Assembly: GCA_025340205.1 (NCBI GenBank)
Contig: CP006868.1
Coordinates: 90,001 to 122,000 of the forward strand
Reading direction: 5' to 3'
DNA: 32,000 nucleotides
Source of the DNA: Ignicoccus pacificus DSM 13166
Lineage (GTDB): Archaea > Thermoproteota > Thermoprotei_A > Sulfolobales > Ignicoccaceae
The notes under the pieces are model-generated. The model was not told the origin of the DNA and did not search any database. It saw nothing but the letters and a program-made list of their open reading frames with translations. This document shows positions 8,505-16,166 of the stretch, piece after piece (positions within the stretch are counted from its first letter, which is position 1; each line of letters begins with the position of its first letter). Made by a program: the position numbers and the translations under genes.

Positions 8505-9265
8505 AGGCGCTGGTAGCTCTGGGAACCACACTGGTTTTGTTCATTCTGGTACCACTAATAGTTACCTTCATTAGTGTAAATCCGAAGACGTTCGAAGGAA
8601 TATACTCAAACGATTACTTGAGGAGTCAACTCTTAGGAGCCATCGTAACCACCTTCGAGGCATCTGCCATAGCCATCTTGATACTTCTGATTACCGGAGT
8701 TCCAATAGCTTACGTGCTTTCGAGAAAGGATTTTCCTCTGAAGAACTTTGTTGAGTCTGTGTTGGATTTGCCTATGGTAATCCCTCACAGCGTAGCCGGG
8801 ATAATGATCCTCTTAGCCTACGCCTCTGGGCCCTTAGGAGGCGTTCTAAGACAAATATCATTGAACATAGTTGATAGTATTTACGGCACCATAGCGGTAA
8901 TGGTATTTGTAGGAGCGCCCTTCCTTGTTAACACCGTTAGAAGAGGCTTCGATAGTATTCCCAGAAGCGCGGAGCTCGTGGCTAGAAGTTTAGGAGCCTC
9001 AAAATATCAAACTTTCTTGAAGATATCACTGCCTATGGTAAAAAGAAACATACTGACCGGCACCATACTAGCGTGGGCTAGGGGAATAAGCGAGGTAGGA
9101 GCCTTACTCATCGTGGCGTATAATCCTATGACTTTAAGCGTGCTTGTTTATGATTGGTACACAACTTTGGGCCTTAACTATGCATTGAGCGTCACGCTGA
9201 TTATGTTAATACTTTCAATTGTAGTATTCATAGCATTGAGAAGGCTAGAGGGTGGGGAACTGTGA
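8501..9265 (+). CDS. ABC transporter permease, CysTW/ModB/WtpB-like (oxyanion type)
   Basis: 254 aa, about 6 TM helices, with the EAA-loop motif SAELVARSLGASKYQTFLKISLPMVKRNILTG. ATGA overlap with the pyrC stop. Confidence 0.7.
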   Translation: MKALVALGTTLVLFILVPLIVTFISVNPKTFEGIYSNDYLRSQLLGAIVTTFEASAIAILILLITGVPIAYVLSRKDFPLKNFVESVLDLPMVIPHSVAGIMILLAYASGPLGGVLRQISLNIVDSIYGTIAVMVFVGAPFLVNTVRRGFDSIPRSAELVARSLGASKYQTFLKISLPMVKRNILTGTILAWARGISEVGALLIVAYNPMTLSVLVYDWYTTLGLNYALSVTLIMLILSIVVFIALRRLEGGEL

Positions 9266-9975
9266 TAAAGGTAGAGGATCTTGTGATAGAACTAAAGGGA
9301 TTTACTCTTAAAGTAGAAGAATTCGAGGCTAAGAGGAACGAATACGTAATAATTATGGGTGCTTCGGGTACCGGAAAGAGTGTTTTCGTTGAGGGAATAG
9401 CTGGTTTCTTGAAGCCCAAAAGGGGGAGAATAGTAATTGATGGAAAGGATGTAACTTACCTCCCTCCAGAGAAGAGGGGTATAGCTATAGTTCCTCAGGA
9501 TCACGGCCTTTGGCCTCACATGAGCGTCTACGAAAACATAGCATTCCCCCTTAGAATAAGGAAGGTGAATGAGAACGAGATAAGGAGAAACGTCAAGGAG
9601 TTAGCAGAGAGATTAAACATAGAACACCTCCTCAATAGAAGCCCCTCTAAGCTCTCTGGAGGAGAGAGACAGAGGGTGGCGCTCGCTCGAGCGTTGATAA
9701 TAAGACCTCAAGTGCTACTGCTAGACGAACCTACCTCTTCCCTGGATCCTAAGACCCGGAAGGCAGCTCTAGAGCTGTTAAAGATGATTAAAGGAAGTGT
9801 AACTGTTGTCCACGTAACTCACAATCCCTATGAAGCTTTAGTGCTTGGTGACAAGATAGCTGTAATGAATAGAGGAAGATTAGGAAGACCCAAAGATCCG
9901 AGGGAGGTGTTGCTGAATGAGTTATCTTACTATGTGGATGAGATAAGGGAAGCAACTTCCTTGATCGGCCTCTAA
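9262..9975 (+). CDS. ABC transporter ATP-binding protein (short, no TOBE/Mop domain)
   Basis: Walker A GASGTGKS, signature LSGGERQR, Walker B LLLDEP. GTGA overlap with the permease stop. Confidence 0.85.
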   Translation: MIKVEDLVIELKGFTLKVEEFEAKRNEYVIIMGASGTGKSVFVEGIAGFLKPKRGRIVIDGKDVTYLPPEKRGIAIVPQDHGLWPHMSVYENIAFPLRIRKVNENEIRRNVKELAERLNIEHLLNRSPSKLSGGERQRVALARALIIRPQVLLLDEPTSSLDPKTRKAALELLKMIKGSVTVVHVTHNPYEALVLGDKIAVMNRGRLGRPKDPREVLLNELSYYVDEIREATSLIGL

Positions 9976-10015
9976 TTCAATAGAGCGCGTTGATAACTAA
10001 ATCTGGGATCCTCCT

Positions 10016-10702
10016 ATGATAGATTTAGGTCCCGTTCTGCTTAGTTGGCTGGGTCATGATGGCTTTAAGATCATAGATAAGAATAGCGGCCTTAGGGTGG
10101 CAACGGATCCTTTTAGGATAGCCAAGGGAAGCGACGACGTAGCGGATCTAGTGTTTATAACTCATGAACACTTCGACCATTGTAGCCCCAACGACCTAGC
10201 GAAGATAGTATCTCCAGAGACAGTGATTGTCGCTCCCGAGATCTGTGAGGAGTGTCTGGCCCCTTTTGATCTAGAGAAGGTATTTGTACGCCCCCTAGTT
10301 AAGGGCAACGTTGGCTCCATTCCCTTTTACACTATACCCGCGTATAACGTGAACAAGTTCAGAGCCCCCGGCGTAGTCTTCCATCCGAAGGAGGACGGAA
10401 GGGTAGGCTACGTCTTCGAGGTCGGCGGAATAAGATTCTATCATGCTGGAGACACAGATGTCATTCCCGAAATGGAAATGGTTGAGGCTGATGTAGCTCT
10501 CTTGCCAGTATCTGGGGTCTACGTGATGACTCCCGAAGAAGCCGTGGAGGCGTTAAAACTCATGAAGGGAGTTAAGGTGGCAATTCCCATGCACTGGGGA
10601 ACCATAGTAGGGGACTTAAGCAATGCTTTGAGATTCAAGGAGCTCGTTGAGGCAGAAGGGCTGGACGTACAAGTAATAATACCTGAAAGGGAGCCCTGGT
10701 AA
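10016..10702 (+). CDS. Metallo-beta-lactamase-fold hydrolase (UPF0173-like)
   Basis: 228 aa. It has the THEHFDH metal motif, the GHDGF N-terminus, and HAGDT and PMHWGT motifs. Confidence 0.7.
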   Translation: MIDLGPVLLSWLGHDGFKIIDKNSGLRVATDPFRIAKGSDDVADLVFITHEHFDHCSPNDLAKIVSPETVIVAPEICEECLAPFDLEKVFVRPLVKGNVGSIPFYTIPAYNVNKFRAPGVVFHPKEDGRVGYVFEVGGIRFYHAGDTDVIPEMEMVEADVALLPVSGVYVMTPEEAVEALKLMKGVKVAIPMHWGTIVGDLSNALRFKELVEAEGLDVQVIIPEREPW

Positions 10703-10705
10703 AAA

Positions 10706-11188
10706 TTAGAGCATCTTCAAAACCAGCTCGTTAATCTTTTCTCCTCTATAGCCGGCTTCGCCGTAGCTTCCGTACGGCCTCTTGATGCTCCTCCTGAAGC
10801 CTCCTCTAGGCGGATGAAGTCTAAACACGGGTTTGATGGCATCTTGTTTGTGGAACTTTATCTCTCCGCTTATTATCTTCTCAGCTAGCTCCTCGAAGCT
10901 TTCAACTCCGAACTTTTCCTTGATGTACTCCTTCGTTAGCCTCTTGTTCCCAGGTGCTCTACCCCTGACCTCTAGTAACTTAGCCAAGGTCTCCTTATTT
11001 ACCTCGCCCCAAGTGATCCACGCTTGGGCTCTTCTCAACATTCCCTCTATTCCGGGTAAGTCTGCTGGGTATATGGTGGCATGGAACCTCTTGTGTAGTC
11101 TCAAGTTCTCGAGAGTCTTCCTAACGTAAGGGGGAGCGTCGGGCTCTCCCTTGATCCTTATTATTAAGTAAACCTTCTTCTCACTCAT
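10706..11188 (-). CDS. rpl30p: 50S ribosomal protein L30 (uL30)
   Basis: 160 aa. The N-terminus ...LIIRIKGEPDAPPYVRKTLENLRLHKRFHA is typical of archaeal L30. It sits directly downstream of S5. Confidence 0.9.
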   Translation of the reverse strand: MSEKKVYLIIRIKGEPDAPPYVRKTLENLRLHKRFHATIYPADLPGIEGMLRRAQAWITWGEVNKETLAKLLEVRGRAPGNKRLTKEYIKEKFGVESFEELAEKIISGEIKFHKQDAIKPVFRLHPPRGGFRRSIKRPYGSYGEAGYRGEKINELVLKML

Positions 11189-11199
11189 TATATATCACC

Positions 11200-11871
11200 T
11201 CACTCCTCTTGAGGTCTAACCCAGTCCCAAGGGGCTAGGAAGCGATAAGTCTGTTTGAGGGCCTCTAGGGTAGCCTTAGCGAAGTTGTGAGTGGTTCTGG
11301 TCTCTCCCTCGGTGTGGGTCCAGACGTCCTTGACACCGGCATACCTTAGGACGGTCTTGGCTACGTTACCAGCTACTAGACCGGTTCCTCTAGGAGCGGG
11401 CTTTAGCGTAATCCTCACGCTGCCGCTCTTACCGGTGACGGTGAAGGGGACGCTATGGGGCTCTCCACAAGTACACTCCCAGCTGCCACAGCCCCTTCTT
11501 ACGGGAACTATGTTCAGTTTGGCGTTGGTTAGGGCCTTCTGAATGGCGAACCTCATTTGCCTAGCCTTTCCGGTTCCGAGACCAACTAGACCGTTCTCGT
11601 TCCCTATTACCACCAACACCCTTAACCTGGTTACCCTACCGGCGTCGGTCACCTTCTGGACCAGGGTGACGTCTAGGACCTCGTGCTTTAGGTCAGGAAC
11701 TAAGTAATCTACGATCTCGGGCTCTAGGATGGGTAAGTTCTTTTCGAAGAGCTCGTAGATGCTGGTTATCTTGCCCTCTTTGACCATCCTCCCTACTCTG
11801 GTCTTGGGAACCCACTCCTCCAAGCTTACCGGCTGCGCCACTCTGACACTCATCTTCGCATCCCCCCTCAA
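11200..11871 (-). CDS. rps5p: 30S ribosomal protein S5 (uS5)
   Basis: [26 protein letters not shown] and GTGLVAG motifs. The start is either TTG 11871 (TTGA overlap with the L18 stop) or ATG 11853 with a GAGGGG SD-like motif upstream. Confidence 0.9.
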   Translation of the reverse strand: MRGDAKMSVRVAQPVSLEEWVPKTRVGRMVKEGKITSIYELFEKNLPILEPEIVDYLVPDLKHEVLDVTLVQKVTDAGRVTRLRVLVVIGNENGLVGLGTGKARQMRFAIQKALTNAKLNIVPVRRGCGSWECTCGEPHSVPFTVTGKSGSVRITLKPAPRGTGLVAGNVAKTVLRYAGVKDVWTHTEGETRTTHNFAKATLEALKQTYRFLAPWDWVRPQEE

Positions 11872-12476
11872 GCGCTCTGGGCTTGCTTATAGTCTTCGAG
11901 TATCTTCGATTTGACCTCTTCGAAGTGCTCTACGTAGTTCTCTGGTGCGAATCCCTTCTTCAGCAAGGTCGCGAACCTCTTATTGTACTCCTCGGGGTTG
12001 TTTTCCTTTAGCATCTTGGCATACTCCGCTATGTGCTCTCCCTTGATCCTCTCCTCGCTGGGGACGACTTCCTCTCCCACCGGTACCTCTAATCCAGCGT
12101 CGTTGGCGGCCTTGATCGCTGCGAAGATCCTAGCACCCTTGGTGGGCTTGTGTAAGCCTATGTCCGGGGCAGCGTAGCTTATTCCGGCCTTCTTCGCCCT
12201 TAGCGCTGCTAGTAGACCGGTTAGGTATACGGCCGGTAAGGAGTTACCAGAACCCTTCCAGCCGTACTTCTTCTCAAGTTCTCTTGAATGAGCAGCAGCT
12301 ATTACCTTGTCTCCTTCGGGAGCCACCTCTATAACTTGTACCCATACGTACTTGTTAGACTTCCTTACCACGAACCTCGGGTGTCTGCTCAGGACCATTC
12401 TGTACCTCTTGTGATAGTCGGTCTTTCCTTCTCTTCTCCTCCTTCTAGGTACCCTATACCTTGGACCGTGTGCCAT
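11868..12476 (-). CDS. rpl18p: 50S ribosomal protein L18 (uL18)
   Basis: N-terminus [24 protein letters not shown] plus operon position. Confidence 0.9.
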   Translation of the reverse strand: MAHGPRYRVPRRRRREGKTDYHKRYRMVLSRHPRFVVRKSNKYVWVQVIEVAPEGDKVIAAAHSRELEKKYGWKGSGNSLPAVYLTGLLAALRAKKAGISYAAPDIGLHKPTKGARIFAAIKAANDAGLEVPVGEEVVPSEERIKGEHIAEYAKMLKENNPEEYNKRFATLLKKGFAPENYVEHFEEVKSKILEDYKQAQSA

Positions 12477-12477
12477 G

Positions 12478-12930
12478 TTACCTCACCTCTATGCCGTACC
12501 TATCCCTCAAGTGAGTCTTGAGGTCCCTCAAGCTCTCGAATTCTCCTCCCTTTGCCTTCCTGTAGAGCTCTCTATAGGTCCTCCTGTCTATTACTTCATG
12601 ATCCCTTAGGTACCTTAGGAACCTCCTTATCTTCCTTATCCTATGCATCCAAGCTTCCTTGGGATCTAGCCTCGCCGAGGCCTTACCCTTCCTCTTTCCG
12701 TATCCCCTTCTCCTACCCTTCTTCCTTTGCTCATGCCTTACCTTCCACCTTACCCTGGAGTTACCTTTCTTGGGTTCTACCTTGATTATGCCCTCGTCTA
12801 TCAGCCTTCTGATGTCGTTCTTGGAGACGACCTCTTCTAGTTCTCCGAGTCTCTTGGAATCTATCCATACTCTGCTTTCCCCGACGCCGAGTATGTCCGC
12901 GGCCATACGGGCTATCTTGTCAGCCCTCAC
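12478..12930 (-). CDS. rpl19e: 50S ribosomal protein L19e
   Basis: [18 protein letters not shown] and a highly basic [14 protein letters not shown] segment. GTGA overlap with the L32e stop. Confidence 0.9.
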   Translation of the reverse strand: MRADKIARMAADILGVGESRVWIDSKRLGELEEVVSKNDIRRLIDEGIIKVEPKKGNSRVRWKVRHEQRKKGRRRGYGKRKGKASARLDPKEAWMHRIRKIRRFLRYLRDHEVIDRRTYRELYRKAKGGEFESLRDLKTHLRDRYGIEVR

Positions 12931-13367
12931 TGCTCAACACCCCCGTTCGCAACCCTTATGCCCAGTTCTTTAGCCCTCTTCAGTATGAGAGCCCTCTTCC
13001 TCTTACCAACGGAGGAAGCTATGTAAACTATGTGCTTCTCCTTATCGACCTTCTCTAGCTCTTTTACGTTGTGTACTATCACTGGTTCAAGTCCGCTTGG
13101 GTGAAGCCCCCTTACCTCCTTCGGAGTCCTGTATCCTATCTTCACTATCGGCGGGTAACCCTTGAGCTGTAGCCTGGACTTGTTGTCGTTGCCCTTAGGC
13201 TTTCTCCACTTGTAACCCCTCTCTAGCCTGAAGTATCTCCACCAATGATACCTTATGAACTCCGGTAAGTCGTTCCTTACTTTTACCGCCTTCTTCATAG
13301 CCTTCCTCTTCTTCCTCAGCTCGGCGAGGGCAGCCTTCCTCTTTTGCATAGCTTCTTGCAAGTCCAT
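12927..13367 (-). CDS. rpl32e: 50S ribosomal protein L32e
   Basis: FIRYHWWRYFRL...WRKPKG.DNK motif. Operon position between L6 and L19e. Confidence 0.9.
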   Translation of the reverse strand: MDLQEAMQKRKAALAELRKKRKAMKKAVKVRNDLPEFIRYHWWRYFRLERGYKWRKPKGNDNKSRLQLKGYPPIVKIGYRTPKEVRGLHPSGLEPVIVHNVKELEKVDKEKHIVYIASSVGKRKRALILKRAKELGIRVANGGVEQ

Positions 13368-13927
13368 TACGCAGCCACCTCCCTCTGGTAGATGTAGATA
13401 CCGTCCATGAAGACCCTCCTATCGAAGTCTTTAATTTTGGTTGCTTGTTCTATGTTAGCAGCGGTCTGAGCCACCTTCTCCAAATCAATTCCTTCTATGA
13501 CAAGCTCCTTGCCTTTTACTTGTACCTTTACTCCGGGCAATATCTTAGCCTTCCTGGGAGCCTTCTCTCCTATGAAGTTGTGAATCTCGACGGTATCTCC
13601 CACTACCTTAACGTTTATAGGGAAGTGAGAGAACACTATCTTCATCTTATACCTCCAACCCTTTGTTACTCCAGTTATCATGTTCTCTATATGGGCAGCA
13701 ATGGTGTTCACTAAGGCCTTCCTCTTTCTGTTAGCGAAGAAGGTCTCTACGAGTACCTTCTTCCCCTCTTCGTCTTCAATGGTTCTTATCCTTATTCCCT
13801 TTGCATGTGAGAAGTCCCTCTCTAAGGTTCCCTTGGGGCCGCTGACCTTTACCTTAGATCCCTCTATCTCCACCGTCACGTTTTCGGGTATGTTGACGGT
13901 GGCGTGTACCCACACGGTTCTAGCCAT
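13367..13927 (-). CDS. rpl6p: 50S ribosomal protein L6 (uL6)
   Basis: 186 aa with the two-repeat L6 pattern (IPENVTVEIEGSKVKVSGPKGTLERDF ... FPINVKVVGDTVEIHNFIGEK). It is the first gene of the block. Confidence 0.9.
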   Translation of the reverse strand: MARTVWVHATVNIPENVTVEIEGSKVKVSGPKGTLERDFSHAKGIRIRTIEDEEGKKVLVETFFANRKRKALVNTIAAHIENMITGVTKGWRYKMKIVFSHFPINVKVVGDTVEIHNFIGEKAPRKAKILPGVKVQVKGKELVIEGIDLEKVAQTAANIEQATKIKDFDRRVFMDGIYIYQREVAA

Positions 13928-14005
13928 TTTCGCTAACCCCGACCGGGGAGGAGGAAAGGGGATTTAAGGACTGTTTGTATTCCGTTAGTGAACGAAGGTA
14001 AGGAT

Positions 14006-14093
14006 TGGTGCGGGGGGTGGGATTTGAACCCACGCAGGCCTACGCCATCGGGTCCTAAGCCCGACCCCTTTGACCAGGCTCGGGCACCCCCGC
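14006..14093 (-). tRNA. tRNA-Leu (anticodon UAG), class II long variable arm, CCA encoded
   Basis: The reverse complement reads GCGGGGG-TG-CCC-GAGCCTGGTCAAA-GGG-G-TCGGG-CTTAGGA-CCCGA-TGGCGTAGGCCTGC-GTGGG-TTCAAAT-CCCAC-CCCCCGC-A-CCA. It has a perfect 7-bp acceptor stem, 5-bp anticodon and T stems, a T-loop TTCAAAT and anticodon TAG. No intron. Confidence 0.9.
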
Positions 14094-14106
14094 ACGGGCC
14101 ATGAGC

Positions 14107-15402
14107 TCACTTGAGCAGAGGATTAATAAGCTTTGAATTGCCGGGTCGCGAAGCTCTCGGAGGTCTTACCTTGATCCTCCCTTCCTCTATCATCTTTACT
14201 ATTTCCCAAGCGATCCTCTCTTGCTGAAGCCACTGCCCCCATCCCTTACCCTCTCCCACGAGCTTTGCTACTTCCTTTCTTATTTTAGGAGGTAACCTAG
14301 TTGGCTTGAAGAACGTGAAGGGGGTGCCGGGAAGGGGCATGAAATAATGGAGATGTGCCCTAGCACCCATGGAGGTGAGTTTCCTCATACCCTTTAGCGT
14401 GGCCTCCATGTCTTCCTCAGTCTCAAAGGGTAAACCCAAGATGAAGTCGACCTCGGGCACGAAGCCATGTTTTACGCTAAGCTCAACAGCGCTAACCACG
14501 TCTTCCCAAGCATGACCTCTATGAAGAATCTTGAGCATCCTGTCGCTGGCACTCTGAGCCCCTATTACTAGCCTCTTGTTGTTCACGTACTTCTTCAAGA
14601 TCCTTATAGACTCTTCCGTCACGAATTCCGGGCGCACCTCGCTGGGAAACGAGCCGAAGAACACCCTAACCCCTATATCCTTCACCTTAGAGAGAAGCTC
14701 TTCGACCTTATCTAGCTCCATTCTAACTCCATCTCCTCCATAGGATAAGGCGTTTGGGGTAACCACCCTCCAGTCTTTTCCTCCTAACTCCTTTAGCTTC
14801 TTTGTATAGAAGATTATCTTATCTATCGAGCGATGACGAGTGATCGCCTTAAACATAAAGGACGTTTGGCAATAGGCGCAAGCGAAGGGACAGCCTCTCG
14901 TTATCTCAATAGGACCGAAATGTCCCCTCCAATAAGGCCAAGGGGGAAAGGAGTCGAGGTCCACGAGCCTCCTTCTTCCCGTGAACTCGTACTCTTCTAG
15001 ATACAGACCCTTGACGTTCCTTATGTCATCATCGACGGCTAGGGCGTATAGCAGTTCTGGTAGCGTTTCTTCTCCCTCGCCGGCTACCACTACGTCAAAG
15101 CCTAAATCCAGAGTACCATAAGGATCCCCGGTCGCATGGGGTCCTCCGGCTATTAGTAGCACTTTACCCTTCAGCTTTAAGATATCGCTAATCAAGTTAT
15201 CGTTAAGCAAGTCAGTAGTGAGTAGGGATACACCTAACACGACCTTCTCGTACTTCCCAATAAAGTTCAAAGAATCGAGGGGGTCATTTACTACTTCTAC
15301 CTTAACGTTCACTATATTAGAGCTTTCAATGGCCGCTACCAAGGCAGCTGTGCTGTACTTAGTGTTCTTCTTGTTTAGATGTAGATATAGCACCTTCTTC
15401 AT
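14107..15402 (-). CDS. B12-binding-domain radical SAM protein (MJ_1487-like family candidate)
   Basis: 431 aa. The N-terminal Rossmann-like cobalamin-binding region is VVLGVSLLT...LLIAGGPHATGDP. The radical SAM cluster motif is TRGCPFACAYCQTS (CxxxCxxC). Confidence 0.8.
   Translation of the reverse strand: MKKVLYLHLNKKNTKYSTAALVAAIESSNIVNVKVEVVNDPLDSLNFIGKYEKVVLGVSLLTTDLLNDNLISDILKLKGKVLLIAGGPHATGDPYGTLDLGFDVVVAGEGEETLPELLYALAVDDDIRNVKGLYLEEYEFTGRRRLVDLDSFPPWPYWRGHFGPIEITRGCPFACAYCQTSFMFKAITRHRSIDKIIFYTKKLKELGGKDWRVVTPNALSYGGDGVRMELDKVEELLSKVKDIGVRVFFGSFPSEVRPEFVTEESIRILKKYVNNKRLVIGAQSASDRMLKILHRGHAWEDVVSAVELSVKHGFVPEVDFILGLPFETEEDMEATLKGMRKLTSMGARAHLHYFMPLPGTPFTFFKPTRLPPKIRKEVAKLVGEGKGWGQWLQQERIAWEIVKMIEEGRIKVRPPRASRPGNSKLINPLLK
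14122..14130 (-). promoter_or_regulatory. Candidate TATA box for tRNA-Leu, embedded in the 3' coding end of the radical SAM gene
   Basis: The minus strand reads CTTATTAAT. It is centred about 33 nt upstream of the mature tRNA 5' end (14093). This fits an archaeal TATA centred near -26/-27 plus a short 5' leader. Confidence 0.35.
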
Positions 15403-15404
15403 TT

Positions 15405-15755
15405 TTAGGAACCCTTACCCTTCATTAACTTATATAACTCGATTAATTCCGAGCTGGACTTTGAACTCTTCGTAAGCCTCGATGCCCTCCACTCAGCTAC
15501 GTTACCTAAGCTCTTGTTTAACATGTCCAACACATTCATGTTATCCAAGACCTCTCTTTCTATACCCATGAGGTTCGCCGTTTCCACTTTGATTCTATAA
15601 TAGATCTTACCTATGTTTCTCGCTATTGCTGCTAACCTCTTCTCGTCGGCCACGCCTAGTACTAGTAGGATAGCGAAGAACACTAACGGAAAGTCTCCCG
15701 TTTGTAGTAACAGTATGAATATCACGAAGGCTACTAGTACTGCTAGCGCGTTCAC
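15405..15755 (-). CDS. Small membrane protein (2 N-terminal TM helices plus an amphipathic tail; weak TatA/B-like look)
   Basis: 116 aa with a GTG start. The stop lies 2 nt before the rSAM ATG. The TM-hinge-amphipathic arrangement (..LLVLGVADEKRLAAIARNIGKIYYRIK..) only loosely resembles TatA. Confidence 0.4.
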   Translation of the reverse strand: MNALAVLVAFVIFILLLQTGDFPLVFFAILLVLGVADEKRLAAIARNIGKIYYRIKVETANLMGIEREVLDNMNVLDMLNKSLGNVAEWRASRLTKSSKSSSELIELYKLMKGKGS

Positions 15756-15796
15756 AGTGATTCCCTTTAAAAGGGGCTACATGAGGGTGTAAAAAG

Positions 15797-16090
15797 TCAC
15801 TCACCGCTGAAATTCTCCAAGAAGATATCACGATAGTAATCTTGGAGCATCTCCTTTTCCTCCTCGGTTAGTGCCTTCCTCTCCTCGCTGACCTCCACTA
15901 CCTTGGAAGTCGTAGGGATGTGCTTTTCTTTTTCAACAGTCCTCACTATCCTGCCCTTGCCCTTAGGCTCCATCTCGTAACCACACTTTGGACACTTGAG
16001 GACAACCTTACCGTCCTTTCTTACTACGGTCATTAGCGACTTACACCTGGGGCAAAAGGCTACGCTCAATTCGCTCCTCCACCACTGCAC
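15797..16090 (-). CDS. C4 zinc-ribbon protein resembling the N-terminal ribbon of TFS/RpoM, with an acidic tail
   Basis: FCPRCKSLMTVVRKDGKVVLKCPKCGYEM matches the TFS/Rpo N-terminal Zn-ribbon pattern. There is no second ribbon. The C-terminus is E/K-rich. The start is GTG 16090 (A/T box about 23 nt upstream, possibly leaderless) or TTG 16069. Confidence 0.55.
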   Translation of the reverse strand: MQWWRSELSVAFCPRCKSLMTVVRKDGKVVLKCPKCGYEMEPKGKGRIVRTVEKEKHIPTTSKVVEVSEERKALTEEEKEMLQDYYRDIFLENFSGE

Positions 16091-16166
16091 AACATACTCT
16101 TAGAGAGGGTTAAAAAGTATCACGAGGATTTAGAAGGCCTCGCAAGAAGTCCTTCTGGGCGAGCAC

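Noticed and set aside
10833-13967. A series of + strand ORFs (10833-11129, 11291-11542, 11983-12177, 12288-12521, 12552-12785, 12659-12973, 13445-13714, 13680-13967).
   Set aside because: All are antisense to unmistakable ribosomal protein genes and have low-complexity S/L/P-rich translations.
16132-16156. An inverted repeat AGAAGG...CCTTCT in the moeA 5' region.
   Set aside because: It is only 6 bp with a 13-nt loop. A repeat of that size is expected by chance in a 32-kb window.
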